From NCBI GenBank assembly GCA_049969675.1, contig JBMFOP010000085.1, positions 1-12,973 of the forward strand: DNA of 12,973 bases, given 5' to 3'. A program made the translations under genes and the position numbers. Source of the DNA: Myxococcota bacterium. GTDB lineage: Bacteria > Myxococcota > SpSt-1050. Below, piece by piece: positions 7,744 through 12,973 of this stretch (its first letter is position 1; each line of letters begins with the position of its first letter). The notes below the pieces were generated by a model. The model did no database searches, was not told the DNA's origin, and saw nothing but the letters and a program-made list of their open reading frames with translations.

Positions 7744-8238
7744 ATGAACATCAATTTTAAGGTTGGAGAAAAGGCCGTTTATCCAGCACAGGGGGTGGGC
7801 GAGATTGTTGCAATAGAGACGAGAGAAATCAATGGGAATAAAGAGACATTCTATGTGATGAAGATTCTAAAGACGGAGAGCAAGATCTTGATTCCGACCA
7901 AGAAGGCTCAGGAAGAGGGCCTAAGAAAGATTATCTCAAAGGATAAACTCAAAGATATTTATTCAATATTAAAGTCAAAGGAGATCTCACCCACATCCAG
8001 AAAGACATGGAACAGGAGATACAGAGAATATATGGATAAGATAAAGACGGGCTCTGTCTTTGAGGTAGCAGAAGTAATAAGAGACCTCTCAAGACTGAAG
8101 AGTCAGAAGGACCTCTCTTTTGGAGAGAGAAAGATGCTGGATACAGCCCAGAGTCTTTTGATAAATGAACTCTCCATAGTAAAGAATACAAACGAAGAGT
8201 CTATAGTTCAGGAGATAAAATCAATCTTTAATGCATAA
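7744..8238 (+). CDS. cdnL: CarD/CdnL-family RNA polymerase-binding transcription factor (CdnL type, no HMGA domain), 164 aa
   Basis: FKVGEKAVYPAQGVGEI N-terminal RNAP-interaction domain, conserved Trp in TWNRRYREYMDKIKTGSVFEVAEVIRDL, KDLSFGERKMLDTA. SD spacing favours ATG 7744 over TTG 7741. Linkage to ispDF is the known conserved context. Confidence 0.95.
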   Translation: MNINFKVGEKAVYPAQGVGEIVAIETREINGNKETFYVMKILKTESKILIPTKKAQEEGLRKIISKDKLKDIYSILKSKEISPTSRKTWNRRYREYMDKIKTGSVFEVAEVIRDLSRLKSQKDLSFGERKMLDTAQSLLINELSIVKNTNEESIVQEIKSIFNA

Positions 8239-9388
8239 TATAACCTTTGACCTCATTCTCCTTGCTGCGGGACGGGGGAGAAGATTCGGAGGAGAAAATA
8301 AGGCTTTATTAAAAATTGGCAGGAAGAGTCTAATAGAGTATCAACTTGATATCTTCTCCAGTATTTCGGGTCTGGGCAAAATAATTGTTACATATCATCC
8401 ATCAAATAAGGCGGAAATCAGGGATTCAATAAAAGTCCATCCACTCTATAATAAAGTCATTTTTACAAAGGGAGGAAGAGAACGTGCGTATAGTGTATAT
8501 AATGCACTTCGTGCCCTAAACTATAGTAGTTCTGAACTGGTCGCTATTCAGGATGTGGCAAGACCAAACATTACAGAGGAATTGATAGTCAATGGTTTAA
8601 ATACAGCGGCAAAATATGGTTCAGCCATTCCAGCCATACCGCTCGTAGATACTATAAAAGTTGTTAAAAATGGCAGAATTGTAAGTACAATCCCGAGAGA
8701 GGATATCTATCAGATTCAGACCCCACAGATATTTAATAAGGAGTTAATCTCTTATGCATATTCTAAATGGATAAATAATAAAGATGGATTCCTCCCAACA
8801 GATGATTCATCACTAATTCAAAATCTTGGTATCTCTCCCATTATATACGAAGGGAGTAGAAAGAATATTAAAATTACATACAGGGATGATATTGATATGA
8901 TAGATGAAAACCCGGAATATAGAGTAGGATATGGATATGATATCCATAGGTTAAAGAAAGGTGGAGAGTTATTTTTAGGTGGTGTAATGGTAGAGAAAGG
9001 AATTTCGGCAATCGCCCATTCAGATGGGGATGTATTGATACACTCCATTTGTGATGCATTGCTTGGGGGATGTGGGCTGAGAGATATTGGATACTACTTT
9101 CCAGACTCTGACAGACGATTTAAGGGTGTAAGGAGTCTAAAAATACTGAAAGAGACTTTTAATATTATTTCAGAGAAGGGATTTAAGGTAGTAAATATTG
9201 ATTCAACCATACTACTTGAAAGACCAAAGATAGGTAAGTTCATCTGCGATATGAAGAAAAATATCTCCGACATACTATGTATTTCAGAATCTGCAGTAGG
9301 TATTAAAGCTACAACACAGGAAGGTACAGGTGACATAGGTAAAGGTAGGGCATTTGCTGCCTATTCTGTTGCCCTCCTCTCTCTATAG
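8231..9388 (+). CDS. ispDF: Bifunctional IspD/IspF (MEP cytidylyltransferase / MEcPP synthase), 385 aa
   Basis: IspD motifs: LLAAGRGRRFGGENK, GGRERAYSV, QDVARP, DTIK, QTPQIF, TDD, NIKITY. IspF motifs: RVGYGYDIHRL, HSDGDVLIHSICDALLG, DIGYYFPD, NIDSTI, KATTQEG. 8-nt overlap with cdnL. Confidence 0.96.
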   Translation: MHNITFDLILLAAGRGRRFGGENKALLKIGRKSLIEYQLDIFSSISGLGKIIVTYHPSNKAEIRDSIKVHPLYNKVIFTKGGRERAYSVYNALRALNYSSSELVAIQDVARPNITEELIVNGLNTAAKYGSAIPAIPLVDTIKVVKNGRIVSTIPREDIYQIQTPQIFNKELISYAYSKWINNKDGFLPTDDSSLIQNLGISPIIYEGSRKNIKITYRDDIDMIDENPEYRVGYGYDIHRLKKGGELFLGGVMVEKGISAIAHSDGDVLIHSICDALLGGCGLRDIGYYFPDSDRRFKGVRSLKILKETFNIISEKGFKVVNIDSTILLERPKIGKFICDMKKNISDILCISESAVGIKATTQEGTGDIGKGRAFAAYSVALLSL

Positions 9389-9391
9389 TAT

Positions 9392-10048
9392 CTAATCATA
9401 CATCCCAATAGCAATATACATAACGACATTGGATAACCAATGCAGAATTATAGATGGATATATGCTACCACTCCTCTCTCTCAAAAATCCAAAGAGCAGT
9501 GATGGGAAGAAGACCGCTATTCTCCCCAGATTGGGGTTTATAAAAAAATGTCCGAGTGAAAATAGTATAGAGGTTAGAAGATTTGAATAACTTAAGACCC
9601 GGAAAATCTTCTTTGAATTATAAGCCCTCATTAGCTCTTGCTGAATATAACCTCTAAAGAAGACCTCCTCAGGTATGGCTACAAGCAGGAGATTAATCAG
9701 TGCATTAAAAGGTATATTGTCTCTGAAAATAAACTGAAACTGATGCCCGAGGAGAATAGTCTGATAGAGGTGATTGAAAAAGAAGAATATAGGAAAGACA
9801 ATTAAAATTACGATTGCAGAGAGAGATAATTCTTTTATAAATGATTCTGTGTAAATCCCAAGGATGTAAATATCAAGCCCTTCCCTCCTGGCTAATATAA
9901 GTGTTGCTAATAAAAAAATCGCCCCGCCAATCGCCATCACCCAGAACCTACCTATCAGAGGTTTTAGAAAAGGCAAAGGTATCAATATCAGATTCACTAT
10001 GATAAATACAAGGAGTACACTATTTAATATTTTTCTTTGATAATTCAT
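9392..10048 (-). CDS. CPBP (Abi/type II CAAX) family glutamic intramembrane protease, myxosortase MrtX-like, 218 aa
   Basis: Multi-pass hydrophobic protein with intact motifs PEEVFFRGYIQ (EExxxR), FSLGH (FxxxH) and HWLSN (HxxxN). The RIAVFFPSLLFGFLRERSGS segment resembles my recollection of the myxosortase subfamily. CPBP membership is secure; the subfamily is tentative. Confidence 0.9.
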   Translation of the reverse strand: MNYQRKILNSVLLVFIIVNLILIPLPFLKPLIGRFWVMAIGGAIFLLATLILARREGLDIYILGIYTESFIKELSLSAIVILIVFPIFFFFNHLYQTILLGHQFQFIFRDNIPFNALINLLLVAIPEEVFFRGYIQQELMRAYNSKKIFRVLSYSNLLTSILFSLGHFFINPNLGRIAVFFPSLLFGFLRERSGSIYPSIILHWLSNVVMYIAIGMYD

Positions 10049-10086
10049 AAAAATGTTAGTATATTAAATACGAGTTGTGTATGCAA
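10037..10086. promoter_or_regulatory. Overlapping divergent sigma70-like promoters (minus: TTGCAT-N17-TATACT; plus: TTGATA-N17-TATATT)
   Basis: Minus strand: -35 at 10081-10086, -10 at 10058-10063. Plus strand: -35 at 10037-10042, -10 at 10060-10065. Both spacers are 17 nt. Confidence 0.5.
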
Positions 10087-10114
10087 GAAGTTATTGCAAG
10101 GAAAGGAATTTTTT

Positions 10115-11023
10115 ATGAGATTTATAAAGATGCTTCTTATTCTGCTTATCCCCGCAATCCTGATAGCAGAAGAGGGACCGGTAGTAAAACTTCAAAAGAA
10201 GTTAAGCAGAGGTAAGACAGGTAAGAGGGAGATAATAAAGAAGGTGGAAAGATGTTCCCAGAAGAAGATTCAGAAGATTGCAATCCCATATTCAGATAAT
10301 GAATTACTCTATTATATAGTAGCATTGAAAGACATCCCTATTGGCAAGGTATATCTCAAGATTATTAAAGAGGAGAATAGGGAGGAGAAAGGCAACTTTA
10401 AGATCCTTGCAAAGGCAAAGACCAATTCATTCTTTTCAAAGATATATAAGGTTAATGCATACTTCAAGGATGAATTTTCGCTCCCAAACTTTACAAACAT
10501 CAGTTTTTATGAAGATGTAACAGAGAAGGAGTTAAGAAGGAAGACCACATATCAATTTGAGACAAACGGGACAGTAATTACAGATACAGAAAAAGATGGA
10601 GAGAAGGAGAAGAAGAGATATTCTGGCGGTGAAAATACAATGGATTTTTTAACATTGCTCTATATGATAAGAGGTCTGCCGCTTGATAAAGGTAATACTT
10701 ACTGCTTTGAGGTATTTTATCATAAATATTTCTGGAATGTATCTGGCTCTGTGAAAGGGAAGGAACGTATACAGACACCCGCTGGTTTCTTCAATGCCAT
10801 TTATGTGGAAGGAGTTGCGCAGAGGAAGGACAAACCGTCTGTTATGAAGCGGCTCAAACTATGGATATCTGATGATGATAAAAGGGTTCTACTCAAAGGT
10901 GAGACTATGATGAATATGGGAGAGGTAACAGGTTATCTCGCCTATATAAAATCTGGTAAACAGATAACGAATGAGGAAGTCATAATTGAAGATGAAGACG
11001 ATAATACAGAAGAAAATAAGTAA
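10115..11023 (+). CDS. Exported DUF3108-like beta-rich protein, about 302 aa
   Basis: SD-like GAAAGGA (10101-10107) before ATG 10115. Signal peptide MRFIKMLLILLIPAILIA|EE. DUF3108-type motifs: LYYIVALKDIPIGKV, AKTNSFFSKIYKV, MDFLTLLYMIRGLPL, ERIQTPAGFFNA, LWISDDDKRVLLK. Confidence 0.82.
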   Translation: MRFIKMLLILLIPAILIAEEGPVVKLQKKLSRGKTGKREIIKKVERCSQKKIQKIAIPYSDNELLYYIVALKDIPIGKVYLKIIKEENREEKGNFKILAKAKTNSFFSKIYKVNAYFKDEFSLPNFTNISFYEDVTEKELRRKTTYQFETNGTVITDTEKDGEKEKKRYSGGENTMDFLTLLYMIRGLPLDKGNTYCFEVFYHKYFWNVSGSVKGKERIQTPAGFFNAIYVEGVAQRKDKPSVMKRLKLWISDDDKRVLLKGETMMNMGEVTGYLAYIKSGKQITNEEVIIEDEDDNTEENK

Positions 11024-12797
11024 AATACTATTTTTCATATTAATATTTCTTCCTCCTCTTATAGTATCAGCAGAGCAGAAATCTGAATTTCTCAGCCCCT
11101 CTGCCATCAATTACTACATCACAGGCAAGATTTATGAAAATAGCGGCAATTATGAGAAGGCTCTTGAAAATTACAAACAGGCTCTGGTCTTTGACCCCTT
11201 TTCATCCTTTTTACGATACAATATTGCATCAGTCCTGCTTAGAAAGAATGACATCAATGGTGCAATTAAACAACTCTCGTCAGCAACCGAATCAGATAAT
11301 GAGGATTACGATTCAAGATTATTGCTTGCCACCCTATTATTTTCAAAAGGTGAGATTGAGGAATCCAAAAGAATTCTAATTGATGCAAAGAGAATCTCAC
11401 CCAAAAGGATTGATGCATATCTCAAACTATCTGATATCTATCTCTTTTTGCGCGACGAAAAATCAGCCCTTGATACCTTAAATGAGATATTAAAAAATTC
11501 TGATGATAAATCCGGTGCCTATTTAAAAATGGGTAATATCTATCTCAACCGCAGAAATATTAAAACCGCTATCCAATACTTTACAAATGCACTTATGATT
11601 GACCCAGCCAATAGAGATGCCGCAGTAATGTTATCTATTGCATATGAACTTGAAGAGAAATATGACAACGCTATTGAAGTACTCAAAAAGGCACAGAGAT
11701 ATGTAGCGGATGATACTGAGGTAATGCTCCTTATAGGAAAGTTATATCTGAGAAAAGAAGATTTTAAATCCGCAAAGTTATACTTTGATTATGCAATTAG
11801 AAATTCGCCTGATATCGTCCAGACATCTATCGCTGTCGGGAATACCTTCTCTCAAGAGGGTTATTATGAAGAGGCAGAGAAGATATATAAACCTCTTATT
11901 GCTGAATATAAAAAAAATGACGAGCTCAAATATTATCTCGGGAAACTTTTAATTACAATGAAGAGATATGACGAAGGGATAGCAATACTTGAAAGACTTC
12001 AGGACCCAAAAATGATTGAATATACGCAGCCTCTAATCTGCGCAGCATATCTCGAGAGGAAGAATTATGAGAAGGCATACCAGTGCACAACAGAGAGAGA
12101 TCTTGATAATGAAAATATCTTCTTTATTAAAGCCGAATCCCTGATAGGACTCAAAAGATATGAGGATGCAAGGAGGCTTCTGGAGGGCGCACTCAAGAAA
12201 AGGGAACTCTGGTGTGATGCCATCATCTATCTGGCAAGGGTCTATGAGAAGATAATCTCAAAGGATGCCGCACTTTCGCTCCTCAGGGAGGCTACAAACA
12301 GATATGATATACTGATAGATGAAAAGATAAAAATACTTTATGAAATAGGTATGATTTTTGAACGAGATTCAAAGATCAATGAAGCCATTGAAATTATGAA
12401 GATGATACTAAAAATCAATCCAGAAAATCCAGAGGCACTCAATTTTATAGGATATACATACATTGATAATAACATAAATCTTGAACAGGCAAAAGATATG
12501 ATTCTCAAGGCATATATGTATAGTTCAAGGAGTGGAGCCATTATAGATTCAGTTGGATGGATGTATTACAAACTTGAAGATTATCAGACAGCCCTGAGAT
12601 ATCTTAAAAAGGCGTACAGGCTCATACCAGAAGAACCGATTATAGCTGACCATCTGGCTGACACTTACATAAAATTGAATAATATTAAAGAGGCAAGAGA
12701 GATATATGAAAAGATTCTAAAGATGGAGAATCTTGAAGAGAGGCTAAAGGATTCGGTTACAAAGAAGTTAAAAGAACTCCAGAGACTCAAACCTTGA
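10992..12797 (+). CDS. Large exported TPR-repeat protein (LbcA/PA4667-like C-terminal region), about 601 aa
   Basis: Basic N-region, hydrophobic stretch and VSA|EQ cleavage site, then continuous TPRs. C-terminal signature PENPEALNFIGYTYID...AIIDSVGWMYYK...PEEPIIADHLADTY. Start is ATG 10992 or TTG 10986, overlapping the upstream gene's tail. Confidence 0.9.
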   Translation: MKTIIQKKISKILFFILIFLPPLIVSAEQKSEFLSPSAINYYITGKIYENSGNYEKALENYKQALVFDPFSSFLRYNIASVLLRKNDINGAIKQLSSATESDNEDYDSRLLLATLLFSKGEIEESKRILIDAKRISPKRIDAYLKLSDIYLFLRDEKSALDTLNEILKNSDDKSGAYLKMGNIYLNRRNIKTAIQYFTNALMIDPANRDAAVMLSIAYELEEKYDNAIEVLKKAQRYVADDTEVMLLIGKLYLRKEDFKSAKLYFDYAIRNSPDIVQTSIAVGNTFSQEGYYEEAEKIYKPLIAEYKKNDELKYYLGKLLITMKRYDEGIAILERLQDPKMIEYTQPLICAAYLERKNYEKAYQCTTERDLDNENIFFIKAESLIGLKRYEDARRLLEGALKKRELWCDAIIYLARVYEKIISKDAALSLLREATNRYDILIDEKIKILYEIGMIFERDSKINEAIEIMKMILKINPENPEALNFIGYTYIDNNINLEQAKDMILKAYMYSSRSGAIIDSVGWMYYKLEDYQTALRYLKKAYRLIPEEPIIADHLADTYIKLNNIKEAREIYEKILKMENLEERLKDSVTKKLKELQRLKP

Positions 12798-12973
12798 CAG
12801 GTTGTTTATTTAATTGGATTGAAATATTTAAAAACGGATTTCCCTGCTGAATTTATTATTAACTGATAGAATTGAAAGAATACTTTAAATCACATCCCGT
12901 CCAAAATAAACTTTAATGGAGGTATATCCTACGAGGATTTAGGCTATCGCCACGAGCCCTTACGGGGATCAGC

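Noticed and set aside
7744..8238. Myxobacterial carotenogenesis regulator CarD (HMGA type)
   Set aside because: Only 164 aa with no acidic/AT-hook C-terminal domain, and linked to ispDF, so it is the CdnL type.
10037..10114. 26-aa N-terminal extension of the DUF3108 ORF (TTG 10037)
   Set aside because: It would overlap the divergent protease start and bury the signal peptide. ATG 10115 has an SD and gives a clean signal sequence.
7949..12541. Short ORFs nested in cdnL, ispDF, DUF3108 and the large TPR gene
   Set aside because: Shadow ORFs overlapping confident CDSs, without SD or recognisable domains.
12794..12825. Perfect TTGACA overlapping the TPR stop codon as a promoter
   Set aside because: No acceptable -10 hexamer lies at 16-18 nt spacing.
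12950..12973. CRISPR repeat (CCCTTACGGGG stem reminiscent of some thermophile repeats)
   Set aside because: Single, truncated copy with no spacer-repeat periodicity and no cas genes in the window.

Overview
AT-rich bacterial chromosomal window (roughly 35-40% GC by eye, not computed) with mostly core and envelope genes. Protein signatures (CdnL, myxosortase-like CPBP protease, glmM-pdxJ linkage) point to Myxococcota or related deltaproteobacterial lineages. Minus-strand block, read right to left: two tandem ArsA/Get3-family ATPases of the BagA/BagB type, an exported three-module TPR protein coupled to them by an ATGA overlap, a small TPR protein, then glmM, pdxJ and an RsuA/RluB-family pseudouridine synthase. 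Divergent from this block is cdnL(carD)-ispDF, which converges on a CPBP glutamic intramembrane protease. That protease is in turn divergent from a DUF3108-like exported protein and a large LbcA/PA4667-like TPR protein. No rRNA, tRNA, CRISPR array or mobile element is supported. The best candidate for an undescribed system is the translationally coupled unit of an asymmetric Get3-like ATPase pair plus an exported multi-TPR scaffold, with no arsenic-resistance genes, lying about 2 kb from a myxosortase-like protease. All family calls come from motif recognition by eye; no database search was run.
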